A stretch of 64,000 nt of DNA. Source: Paraspadella gotoi. Its lineage: Eukaryota > Animalia > Chaetognatha. How positions within the stretch are numbered: the stretch's first letter is position 1; each line of letters opens with the position of its first letter. Below the pieces are notes generated by a model. That model did no database searches and was not told where the DNA came from. It saw nothing but the letters and a program-made list of their open reading frames with translations. The stretch is from assembly GCA_051294375.1 (NCBI GenBank), contig CM119267.1, forward strand, positions 16,842,606 to 16,906,605, in the 5' to 3' direction. Shown here piece by piece: positions 1 through 12,921 of the stretch. The translations under genes and the position numbers were made by a program.

Positions 1-122
1 GCCTCCTTAGCCACCCTTCCCTTCTTTCTTCCCGCGCCGATCACGGAGAGGCGATAAAAGCCAACATTTGAAATGAAGACAAAGAATTTGGAGAACCGGG
101 GGAAAAAATGGGTGAAACTGGG

Positions 123-240
<118 letters not shown>

Positions 241-464
241 TTAGATATTCTGACAATTTTAATGGAGAGAGTCGAGAGGTAAAATTAGGGAGAAAGAGAC
301 GGAAGAGAAAAAAAAAAAGCAGTTCACCGAATTAAGTGGGGGGGTGGGGGTGTGGGAAAAATAAAGCATGAAACAAAGGAACAACGCGATTCGGTCTTCG
401 GCTTCAGTTCCGCTTCTTTGGTTCCCGAGAGAACAACAAAACAGCAAAGGTCGACCCCCTCGTT

Positions 465-551
465 CAAATCAACATCTCCGCACGTCACGCTTTAACTCCG
501 ACACAAATCAACATCTCGGCACGTCACGCTTTAACTCCGACACAAATCAAC
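465..551 (+). repeat. 39-bp tandem duplication
   Basis: CAAATCAACATCTC(C/G)GCACGTCACGCTTTAACTCCGACA x2 plus a partial copy. Also echoed in the noisy copy at ~4470-4570. Confidence 0.85.
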
Positions 552-2086
552 GCATCGGGTTTTTCAGCGTATCACCAGAACTTGTACGGTTCAGGAATAA
601 AATATGGGGAAGTCGAGCAGTCTTGGAGTTAATGAACTTGACAGTGTGAGAATCTTGCTTGAAAGCTTACAGGGTCTCGATATCTTGTAAGAAGGACTTC
701 ACCCAACATAGCCTGTCAAATGTTCAATGTTTATCAATTGAGGTATTCGTTTCACCTAAACCTTACTTTAACCCAACCGGTTTTTGAGATCAACCTTAAC
801 CCTTACCACGGCTTCGAATGAGTCGACTTCGAAGCCGCTTCGATCCTCTAGCGCCGAAGAATCTCGCGAGACTCGTTGCCATAACAACCGACGGAAATCG
901 AAGAGACGCGAGATCTGAGCGGAATTCGAGAACGAGCGAAAGTCAAAGGAAAGGAACTTTGGTTCCATTCTGTCCAACTTTACGTGACTCACCTATGGAT
1001 TAAATAATTAAATAATTCAACGATTCACGTTTCCTTTTTATCATTCAGCGAATATTTCGATGATTAATTGAGTGTTAGATAAATAACGTTACTTGGCTCG
1101 TGAGACTTCGCAGTATTTCGACGCTCATGCTTTTTTTTTTTCGACAGCAAGAACCATAACGCCGGCCCAAGGGTGAAACGGCGTCGTCAACCGTCTTAGC
1201 CGCCGAGACAAAACCAAAGTCAGCTTCGGATCTCAAAGCATCAAATGAAACCAAAAAAGCCAAGAATCGAATTAATTCAAATTCCCACCAATCATCAACA
1301 AAAAAAAAAACACAAGGAAATAAAGTTGCAATCGACGAGCAAGCACAGAAATCAAGCAAAGCAAATACGGAATCTAAACAACAAAAGGACGAACCATTCG
1401 CTCGCAAAGGGGACGATGAACAAGCTTGGCAGCCCGGCCCAATCCAAGCCGTCTACGAAAAGCAAAAAAAAAATTTCGACAAAACCAACAATTGAATCTG
1501 TTCCGGGCGGCGTCCGGGTTTCTCTGAACCCACGCGGCGGTCCGCCATCCCATGTCGCGGCCGCCGCTCCTGCTGCCGCCTCGGCCGCCCCGCTGCCCCC
1601 GCGACACTGCTAACCGCCTCCGCCGCCCCGCGCAACCGACGAATCCGCCATCGTTCATCCATTTGGTTCTCGTTCGAATCACGTGATTTCATTTCGATGT
1701 CACAATAGCTTTGTCGTCGTCGTCGTTGTCGTCGTCGTCGTTACTGTTGCCGCTTTCTCAATGACAATGGCTTCGCAAGACTAGGAAGCGTTCCAAGTTT
1801 TCATTCTTATCTTGAAATACTGCGTATAGCCCTATGAAAAATATTCTTTACGTTTTTTTTCTTCTTTAAGTTTCAAACCTTTTTTTTATCTTGATAAGTC
1901 ATCGTTATACTTATAGAATAAATATTTATTATTTGCTACGAAAAAATGTAACAGTTTTGTTATTTATAAATATTTTTTCTCGGTATATTATTACAAGTTT
2001 TTTTTTCTAATCTTTTTTTGAAATTACCCGCGGTCGCCCTTCCGAAAACTAAAAATAGCTTCTAGTTCCACCATTCTTTCTCTCTT

Positions 2087-2117
<31 letters not shown>

Positions 2118-3884
2118 CGGCGACGTATCTTTTCTTCCGGCGTTGCGCACTTTTTTCATAACCGAAACGACAAATGAACTTCGAAATTGGTTCAGGACTC
2201 TCTCTCTCTAGAAGATTTGAATGAATCGATTCGTCTCCATTTTCGTTCGCCATTTCTATTTCGACCATCGTACTTTAATTGTAAACCTTCCTTGCAAGAA
2301 AAAAAAGAGGAAAATGTTGAGATCGAGAACGCGCGGCCATTGATGGCGGAAGGAAACTACGACCATTCGAAGCCCAAAGCCAGAATCTACAAATCATCAA
2401 AAACAAACAACGACGACGATCTTCCGCTCTTTTTTTTATTTCTCGGTTCGCCGGATTCTCGGGCCAAAGAATCACGGTTGGCCCCTGCAGGCGCCGTAAA
2501 CAGAGATTTTCCGATGAGCTGTTGTCTTTGACAGGGTTTTAAATTCCGTAGCTATCGAGTAGAGAGTGGATAGCTAAACCCAAAATAGCTCTCGTTGTTG
2601 CTGGGCCTACGTTGGTTGGCTTGTTCTGATTGTTTACGGACGTTTTACGTGAAATATTTCTGAAATTTTAAAGAAATTTAACAATTTATGATCTGAGCTA
2701 AATTGGAATCTACCCCAAAATACCGCATGGGACAGCTAAATCACGTTATCAAAAGTTATGATAAGGTCGTTCTTTCAAAAATGAACCTTACGACTATATC
2801 GCTTCACAACTTTACTTTCACGAACCATCAAGGTTAGTCTGAAATCACAATCTCCTGTCCTCACATTCTCACGAAATAGAAATTAACGATAAATTTACCG
2901 TCGATTAAGCATCGCTGAATCCGATAGATTTTTCTCTGTTTTCCACTGTAGTAGCTTTTATTTCCCGGACTTATCCATCGGAGAAAAAAAAAAGAACAAC
3001 AACCGGAAATCGGCAGCGAACTGGGTTTTGACCGGCTCTGTCGGCGGCGGCGTGAGGCGTTGGCCATGGGTGGCGCGAAAGGGCGTCGGCGGCGGCGCGC
3101 CACGGCGAAGCGGCGGCTTGCGGCTTTGACCCTTGGGCCCATCTATCACCGCCAGACCCCGGCGGTTGACCGCGAGGGCGAAACTTCAAGGGTCGTTTGC
3201 TAACAATTCTCGCCGGACTTCGCTGGCTCCCTAAAGCCGTCCCCTACCGATAGCCCTGTTCTCAATCTGCTTCCCACTCCCTCCGCCACATTTCCTTACA
3301 GCTCTAGCAAACGCCCTGCCCTAGAAATTTTCACGATCTTCGGGTAAGTCGTTCTCCCGAATATTCTCCGATTTCTTACATCGCGACGAGACTTTACTTC
3401 CTTCTGTTTCTTTTTTTTCTTTTCTCCTTCTCTTTTTCTCTTTCTCTTTTTTTTTTTGACTTATTTTTATTTTTCTTGGTCTCCGCTTTACCTTTTCTTT
3501 AATTCCCAAATCCTTTTCATTTCCTTTTTTTGATTCCTTTTAACTCCCCCTGCGTTCCTTCCTTTCCTCCGTTTTTAACCGTCCGTTTCGCTCCTTCGAC
3601 TTTCTTTTTTCTTTTCTCCATCATCCGACAGAAATGGATCCAGTTTTTAAATTTGTATAATTTTTTTTTTTATTTACCTTTTTTCTTAATTTATTTCATC
3701 GTGAACTGACTTTCACGCCGAGCTATAGCACCTCTTTCCAATTCCATTCACTTTTCCTTTCTATACTTTCTTTCGACGCCTTTCAAATAATTGCATACCA
3801 CCTTTTTTCTTAGGTTCGTCACCACCTACCCGCCATTTCGATCTATCTCTTATTTTTACTCCTCAACCTTCAATCCCTCACCCA

Positions 3885-4026
3885 CTTAGCCACCCTTCCC
3901 GATCTTTCTCCCGCGCCGATCACGGAGAGGCGATAAAAGCCAACATTTGAAAATGAAGACAAAGGAATTTGGAGAACCGGGGGAAAAAAAAGTTGTGGTG
4001 AAACTGGGAAAAAGAGAGAGAGAGAG

Positions 4027-4062
<36 letters not shown>

Positions 4063-4083
4063 GAGAAGAGAGATGAGAGAGAG

Positions 4084-4114
<31 letters not shown>

Positions 4115-7100
4115 TTAGATATTTCTGACAATTTTAATGGAGAGAGTCGAGAGGTAAAAATTAGGGCAGGAGAAAGGACGAAGAGAAAAAAAAAAAAGCA
4201 GTTCACCGAATTAAGTGGGTGTGGGGTGAGTGACGGTGGGGTGGGAAAAATAAAGCATGAAACAAAGGAACAACGCGATCGGTCTTGGCTTCAGTTCCGC
4301 TTCGTATGTCCCGGAGCGCGAGCGGAACGTTAGTTGCTGGGTGGTGAGGGGGTAAGATAATAAGAAAAGAATCGAACGGTGAGATGAGATTAATCGAATG
4401 CTCATGTGGAAAGGAGGGGTGTATAGAGGAACATACCCAAAAAAACAGCAGAAGGTCGACTCCCTCGTTCAATCAATCCAAACATCATCCGCACGTCCAC
4501 GCATTTAACTCTTCGACGACAAATTATCTAATCCATTCGCACGTCACGCTTAACTCCGACACAATTCAAGCGCAATCGGTGGTTTCGTACCGTCTACGTT
4601 CATCATTGTCGGCCCCCACACCGTCTTGTCTTCCCAAAACATCATTTATTGAATAAACAACCCAAGTGGAACTATATGTACGGTATCTAAGAACGCAGAT
4701 ACTACCAGAAATATACATCAAAAGCTTTGAACTATATAAAGATAGTGGGTACGTAGGATGGGGCTGCGTCGAAAAGTTCCACCGAGAGATTCCTGAGTTA
4801 AAAATTGGAACCAGAACAGTATACAGCCATTCTCCGCGACGTAATACATCAACAATTGACAGAATAGGTTGGGTGGAGGGAACCCCTTCGCTTGCTTGAA
4901 ATGCGCTTAGCCAGAGAGAGTAGGATCTCACTATTCTACATGTAAAGTACAGAAGAAAAGGTGAGAGAAGACATATTAGCATGCGACAACAGTACTGTCT
5001 AGGTGTGAAAATTCCTGATCAAATAAATATAAATCTGCGTTAAAAGGAAATGGTTATAGTCATATAGTATGAGATATACGTATTCACCTAAAAACCAGGT
5101 TACTTTTAACCCAACCGGTCTGTTTGAGGAAAAATCAACAACCTTCAACCGCTGTGCCACTTGCCGTTTCGTAAATTTGTTTTCCAGGAATCGGACTCAT
5201 CCATTTCGAATCTTAAAAGTTTGGCAATCGTACGAGTTGATTTGTTTCTGTTTTAATGCCTATCATGAATTGCGCCGGATATGAAGTCCGGAGCATTAGG
5301 AAGGAGAGGACAAGCTGAACGGAAGCATTGCATTTAAGGCACTTTTGCGGCATATAAAAAGAAATACGGTCAAAAACCGACGTATTAATTGAGAAAAAAA
5401 CAAAGTTGAAATAAAAGAAAATCGTGTTTAGTGACAGATTGGGATAAGAATAAAAATCAAACCTTGGCGATGCCAAAAAGAAGACACGACGCAGCTGACA
5501 AAGGTTGACGCGATTATTCGCAGATTCCTCAGCGACGTCGGAATCGAGATTCGAGATACGAGCGAAAGTCACAAAATGAACCAATCTGGAGAAGAAAGAC
5601 CGCATCGGGAACTTTTGCAGATGCTCATACCATAAATAATTTAATTAAATTACCATTAAGATACTGCAGAGACACAAAACTTTTATAATCTGGTAGAAAA
5701 CCTTTTTTGGATGGCTAGTGCGTGGAGCTCTCAGCCTATGATTAAGTTACAGAGGTATAAGTAATTCCACATAAGATTCTATAATACTTTAAATGGTTCG
5801 AGATGCGTCTTTGATTTCCATCACACTATGTAAATTCATTCTCTCTTTTAATATATATTTTCCACTATCATTCATTTGATTCAAGGGAGAGCCAGGTACT
5901 CTGCGAGTGAGATTAAAACAGTGAATTGTCGATCGCGCTCGAGATCTTGATATTGAAGAAGCTTGAGTTAACTTGAGGGACCTTGCTATTAATTTTATTT
6001 AGTGAAGAGTGGATGGAGGCCGTAACCACCAATAAGCTCGTCCGCAAACTAGTGTTTAGGGCTAAGATAGAAAATCTAATACATTTTATCTCTTTAGAGA
6101 GCTCTGAGTTGAGATATATGCTGTCTAACGTTTCCTCTATATTGGTTGTACCTAATTTCCATTAAAAATTCAGCTCCTTGTATTATTTGCATGCTATGTG
6201 GCCGGAGGTACAATAAGTATCCCGATCTAATACTTTAAGGAGTGGTCTTTTCATACAATTGAAACATTCTTTGAAATATTTCACTTCATCAGTTGATACG
6301 GAAAGCCATGGTACTCTGGATATGAATAAACGAGACTGTGAGAGAGTCTTGATTGAAAGCATGGCATGAGTTTGACCTGCCTTAACACCACATTCATGTT
6401 CCTGTGCTCATAAAGTCATGGGGCAATAGATAGTGTTGTAGTATCTAGCTTAAAGATAGACCATTAACGCACTGGGGGCCTATTTTTAGGTATTATTGGT
6501 GAATGTACCAATTTCAGTCTAATCAAGCTACTGGCTCCCAATGATACCCTCTATTTAAAAAGACAAAATAAACATAATAATATCGATAAGAAGTCTCTGG
6601 TCCTGTCCTTAGTATAATCATTCTTAGTCCGTCATACATTGACTTACAATATATTAATCGATCCCGTATAAAAGTTCACCAAGCCTGAAAACTCATAATC
6701 ATTTTTTTATAGGTATACGGACATGTTTCGACTCTTCATTTCGAGTTCCTCATCGAAATGAAGAGTCGCGAAATCATCGTCCGGTCAAAGCGATTCAAAT
6801 GAAATCCAAAAAAGAAAAGGCCAAGAATATTACGCTAATAAAAATCGTTGACGAACATTTCCAAACTTTTTTAAATCTCTATACTCACGAAGCCGAAAAG
6901 GATTAAACACATAAATAATTTATAATATTGATATATCAATATTTGATATAAAATAAGAGATTCCCGTAGTGAAATGGAAAAATTATGTAAAAGTTCTAAT
7001 TATGGGCAACGTACCCACTCACGTGAACCACTAAAATTTATACATCAAAAAAATAACCTCATAAATATTACAGATAATACATTTTTTAGGATATATTCGC

Positions 7101-10100
7101 AAGTGACGCTCAGGCATATTTCAATATAATATATATATATGGGGATGTGCATCGTTTCTAAACTATTTGGAGTATTTTAAATAAAATTTCTCGGTACCGA
7201 TCGATTAGGGAATTTAAAAATGGAGAGGCTATCTATATGCAAAATTTCATAAAAATCGGATAACCGTCACGAGAACGTTAAGCACAGATATGGCATATAC
7301 CAGTCGCGAAGAAATCGCGCTAACCAATGCCTGATCACCCTCCTATAATCTGGATACTCAGTTTATGAATACCACGTAGAGAATCTAATTTTGAAACTAC
7401 TGTAAGTACTAAAACAGCTTTAAAACAGATAATAGCGATTTTATTGCGCGAAGAAACCATTCCGGGCTCCATGAGAGACGGAAAATATGCAGTAAGCGAA
7501 GCCTCGGAAAAAAGAATCCTTTACAAATTAATCACAAAAATATACATAATGAGAACAGAATAAAAAAGGGAAAAGACAAGAGAGCCAAAGAAGTAATAAA
7601 TTGAAAGTATATTGACGTGATCTCACGCAGGCAAAACTAGCTATTAAACTAACTCGCAAGGATTTAATATTCATTAATCAAGATTAAGAATTCACTATCG
7701 TCCACGCTTCACGATTAATTTTTCATTTTTGAACTCATTATTAATTTATCGATAACTCAGATTTTAAATTATGATAGCAATAAAACTGATAATTAAGAAT
7801 AATGATTTGATAATGCGTAAGTAAAATTGATGCTATCAATAAATTAATTAAACTAAAATGAGATCGATTGTACGATGTGAGTTGTAATATCTCAAAAATT
7901 TGTCATGACTCCTGATAATACCGCGTCAATATTCTTTCATTAATTGAACAAGTTCTGAGCAAACAGAATGTCTGGATTTGACTAATTAGCTAACTGGTTA
8001 GATCAGTTAAAAAAGTATGCAAGTTGAAAAAAGATCGCAGGAAAAAGAAATTAATGCAAGATTATAATCTCAGGCAAGTTGAAAAAAGATATGCAACGTT
8101 TGAAATATATGCAATGTTGAAAAAAAGATAATTGACAAGATTGAAAAGATATGCAAAGTTGAAAAAAGTATGCAAAGTTGAAAAAAAGTATGCAAGTTGA
8201 AAAAAATAGTGTTGTCCATCAGACTTTGAACAAGTATGCATACTTTGAAAAAATGAGACAATTACAAATCATAAAGCCTATTTTAAAAACAAAAGATATG
8301 TGCATACTTCTCAAAATAAAAGTATGCATACTTTTGAAAAATGTATTTGGCATATTTTAAAAAGTCTTGACATTTTTCAAAAGAGTTATGCATACTCCGC
8401 AAAAAAGTATGGCATACTTGCAAACGAGAGTACTGGCATTCTTCAAGAAGACGAGTATGTCATACTTTTGCTACTAAGAAAAAGCCTAACGCTCGCGGTA
8501 CCTTTATAGATAACGAGTATGCTCATCAACTCTTGCAAAAATATAGTATGCATACTTTAATGATCGAAACGCTCTGATATGTTTAAACACAAGACGCTCA
8601 TTGTGACTACTTTGCGACACAAAATCGCATGGCATACTCTCACACAAGCCTCCATGCGCCAACTTGTGCAACAACAAGTACAGATTGCATACTCTATATA
8701 AAAAAGCAGTATTGACCATACTTCCAGACAAAGCAATGGCTCACTTTGAAAAAGAGATGGGCCATACTCTTTGACAAAAGTATGACATATTTAAATATGC
8801 CATACTCCTCAGACACACGAAACGTATGCATCCCACTTTAAGAAAAAAGTAAGCATATTTAAAAAAAAGTATGCATACTTTAAAAAACGCTTATGCATTC
8901 ACTTTGAAAAAGTATGCATATCTTAAAAAAAAGGCTATTGCATACTTGCAAAACAAACCGTATTGCATTAAAAAAAGATATGCATACTTTTGTCAAAGTC
9001 ACGTCACGTCAATGGAATGACTATCATCGCATCAATGAATGATTATCATCGATATTCGCCATCGTTATCCATTTGCCGATCAATGAAACGACTGGTTCAC
9101 TTCGCATGCAGATGTAATGTCAGATATTCACATCCGCATGCTGATTATTGAATGGGATAGCTTTACTGTCATCGCAATCCTTAATGTCACATCAATAGTT
9201 CTTGTGCTGTCTAGATTCCATTCGTCGTGTCTCGTCGTACTCGCAGTTCCTTCCGTGGTTTCCTCTGCTCTCTCGTCCATATCGATATACTCTCGCTATA
9301 ATGAGTGCCTCATAGTTTGGGTCTTTACGTCTTTAAAAGATGACTTAAGGTGCAAGCGTCCAATCCGTATCTTGCAAACTATCTGATCTTTAAATGACAA
9401 AATAACTGGTTTTGTCTTACACGTTATCACTTATATTTATTCCCTTTATAATTAAGTTTGTCCTCCCTACAAGAAGAAATCCAAGATTAGATAATAACTA
9501 GTACCTCTATACGACGCACTAAGTCATAGAATACGCGCCAATATCACAGGTCGTGGAAATTCATAAAAACTCATTTCATATTGCAAGACTTCTGCGCCCT
9601 TTCTATTTTTTGAGACTATACTAAAATCGTTTAATTAATTTGCTAATAACCCTCCCTCCAAAAAAAAATATAACAGTTTTGTTATTTATAGAAATGGTTA
9701 TCCATCGTTGAATTTATATTTCGGTATGTGTATGCTGGCCCGTAGTATTGATTCGCGCATTACAAGTTTTTTTTGTTCTAATTCCTAATGTCTTTATTTG
9801 ATAATTTTTAAATATATGCTTGCACGCTGTCGTGTCTATCTGGCCGCCTTCCGTTCGAACAAAAACACTAGAAATCAAAACTCAAGGGTTGTAGCTTTCT
9901 CAGTAATCACAGACACCCGTTGTATTCACTCCGCCTTCGGCTTAAAACGAATTCGGCTTGTTTTAGCGTTGCGCTAAACGTCTACTGTCGTGACGTCCTT
10001 GTAATTTCGTCCTTCTGTTCGTTCCGGTGTACGTTCTCGTTCGGCTGAGCGCTTCTCTTTTCTTCCTCATGCTGTTATGAGCGTCACATCTTATATTCAA

Positions 10101-10789
10101 ATCGCTCTCCTCCCGAATACAGACCAAAATGATTCTTTCTCGAAATTGGCCCTCGCTCCAGGACTCTTCTTATACCCTCTGAAATCTAGTCTTAAATCAG
10201 ACTCTACTTTCATCGCTACGCTTTTTCTCGGATGGTTTATGAACGCAAATAACTCTCTCTCATTTGCATCGTGCCTTCTGTACCTTCTGCAGTTTCATAC
10301 TCCCTAAAAAACTCCTGCTTCTCACTCTTGCATTCTTGCGCTCTCTCTTATCTACATGCTACTTTTCTTCTCTCTAACTCTCGTCTTCTGCTCTCTCTCA
10401 CATAGTCTCTCATCTTTATAACTCACTCTTTCTCATAATTATTTTTTACTTAAGACATTTCTCAAGCAGAGAGTACAGTGCCACTAAGCTATGTCGGTTA
10501 ACATCCGTACTCTTGATACATTATGTATGATTTTCTATTTTAACAAAATAAATCGATACATAGCGAGTTTTTTTTAATTGTTGAAAAAGAGAAAAAAATA
10601 AACAGGTCTTGTACACATTTCTAGTCCTCACATTTCAATAGAGATTAAGTTGAACGTCACTACTTCCGAAACATTTTAACCGGCCTCATGCGGCCGCTAT
10701 CGCAGACCTGTAAAATGTGGTATTTCGATTTCCGCGCTCACTCCCTCGTTGGGTTGTTTCCCGGGGCGGGGCGGGTTGGGTGAGGCAAT
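3885..10789 (+). repeat. Increasingly noisy duplicate of ~7-2900 with additional inserted blocks
   Basis: Anchors 3885~7, 5561~936, 6790~1235, 9057~1646, 9672~1950 and 10141~2181. Ends at the 25-N gap at 10790-10814. Confidence 0.75.
8008..8990. repeat. Minisatellite of ~18-20-bp units, AAAAAAGTATGCAAGTTG grading into palindromic AAAAGTATGCATACTTT
   Basis: Dozens of degenerate copies. The 16-bp palindrome AAAGTATGCATACTTT is clear at 8319 and 8866. Confidence 0.8.
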
Positions 10790-12276
10790 NNNNNNNNNNN
10801 NNNNNNNNNNNNNNGGCAAAAAAAAACAGTGAACCCAATTGAGAGGAAGAATGAGGCCATCATAAAGACATCAAAGGCGGCGTCGGCGGCGGGGAACACG
10901 GCGCCGCCGCCGGGAATCCACCTCCGAAACTCCGCCGACCATATTTCACGCCGTCTCCTTTCGACGCTGCCACGCCCACTCACGTTCCCGTTCCCTTCTC
11001 ACGGGCCCTCTCTCAATAATGAGGCCTTATTATCCCTGCAGTCTCCTTTTAACCCCCGCCGCTTTTAACAACAATCGAGATTCATCAACATGCCTCGACG
11101 CCGCTCCCTACTCTGCATGGGCAACCACCCTGCCCACATAAATCCATCTTCGCATCAGTCTCTCACTTACCCTGCCTGGCCCGCTTTTCCTCGATGCACT
11201 CCTTTATCTCTCTCTCTTCTCTCTCTCTCTCTCTTCTCATTCCTCCTCTCCTCTCTCGCCACCAGCGTGGAGGGCGCCTCCAATCCCATTTCGTCACATA
11301 AAAATGTCATCTCTTTCGTCGGAACTCACCTTTTAAAACGCATTTCGGAATTTTCCCTCATTTTCTTTGTCCCTCATTCCATGCCCCCCCACAAAAAAAA
11401 AATTGACGAAAAAAATAGAAGATTTTTTAAAAAGAAAGAGCATAAAAAAAATTGAAGAGCTTCAAAAGCGAGAAATGTTCTTTGAAGGACTAAATCTCTC
11501 GCTCCTTTTCTGTCGCATGCTTCTCCTTTTGCTAGTTTCCTGACTTTTCCTTTTTTTTTTCTTTTTTCTCTTTTTATTTCAATTTTAACAATTTTAAAAT
11601 CCAGAGGCTTATACTAATACAGCGAAAGATTGATTTAAAATTTATATACATAGGTTATAGGTAATAGGTACACTAAAGAGCGTCAAAATCTTCTTCTATA
11701 ATTTTTAATATAATAAAAACTGTAGACTGACGGGCAGACACTGTTAAATTCGTTTTATTAATAATAATTCTCTTTAATTTTTTTTTCCAATTTTTAGAAT
11801 CGATTCCGTATTCATAATTTTATCATTCGTGAAATAAAAACCGGGAGAATCTCGCGAGCGAGATAAGAGCCCCGTCACGTGATCCGCACGCGTCACGTGA
11901 CCCGTCGAGCGACTCTCGGGTCCTCTATCGGCGAAAAGGAGAACCAAGCGAAGCGAAACGCTCATAAAAATCCCGGCGTGAAAAATGAGGATGACATTTA
12001 GAGCTAATTGGATTAGTCTCAAAAGCAGGGAAGACCCCATTCCCAGTATTTAAAAGATTCCGCCAAGATGATATGGAGGGGAAAAAAGGAGAGGGAAGGG
12101 ATAAGGAAGAGAAGAGAGAGAGAGAAGAGAGAGAGAAGAGAGGAGAGAGAGAGAGAAGAGAGAGAGAGAGGAGAGAGAGAGAAGAGAGAGAATGTTCTGA
12201 CTGAATGAGTAACTGCGCGCGGAGGTTCATTGCGAAACCAATCGGCGTAGATGACGAAACTGCCGCATTTTTTCCT

Positions 12277-12318
<42 letters not shown>

Positions 12319-12319
12319 T

Positions 12320-12352
<33 letters not shown>

Positions 12353-12384
12353 AGAGGACGAGAGAGAGAGAGAGAGGCTGGAAA

Positions 12385-12880
12385 CACCGAAACATTAAAA
12401 AAAATTAACAGTTTTTTGTGATTTGCCAACGCCATCTTTCACTCTTTTCAAAACGATCTATAAGATGACAAAAGCATAATTCATCAGAAGATGACCGGCG
12501 TTGTCGTCGTCGTCGTCGTCGCCGTCATCGTCGTCGTCCCCTCGAGAGATAAACTGGTGATGAATGTCCGAAGAGAAATGGGGAAAATCAAGTTAACCGT
12601 CGAATCTCTCGTTAATGTCTTCGTTGATTCCTTCTTTTGAGCGTTCATTTCACTAAACCGTTCTCATGTTCTTTCGGTCGTCCAATAACAGTCAGTTTAT
12701 TTGGTAGACGTTCTATGTTTTAAAGTCATAACAAGCCCGTATTTATCGCCATTTTAAAGACGAAATAGAAAAACAAAAGAGCATAAATCTCGTTGAGCCA
12801 CTTCGCTAGTTAACGTTATTCCCCCCCCAGTAAAAAAGTCTGCAGTTAACTCTCCGCAGTGGGGGGTTCTCTCTCTCTCT

Positions 12881-12921
<41 letters not shown>

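Noticed and set aside
1660-1690. GTTCGAATC as a tRNA T-loop
   Set aside because: No cloverleaf stems or A-box in the flanks.
8008-8990. Palindromic repeat array as a CRISPR
   Set aside because: Units are contiguous with no unique spacers, there are no cas genes, and the context is eukaryotic.
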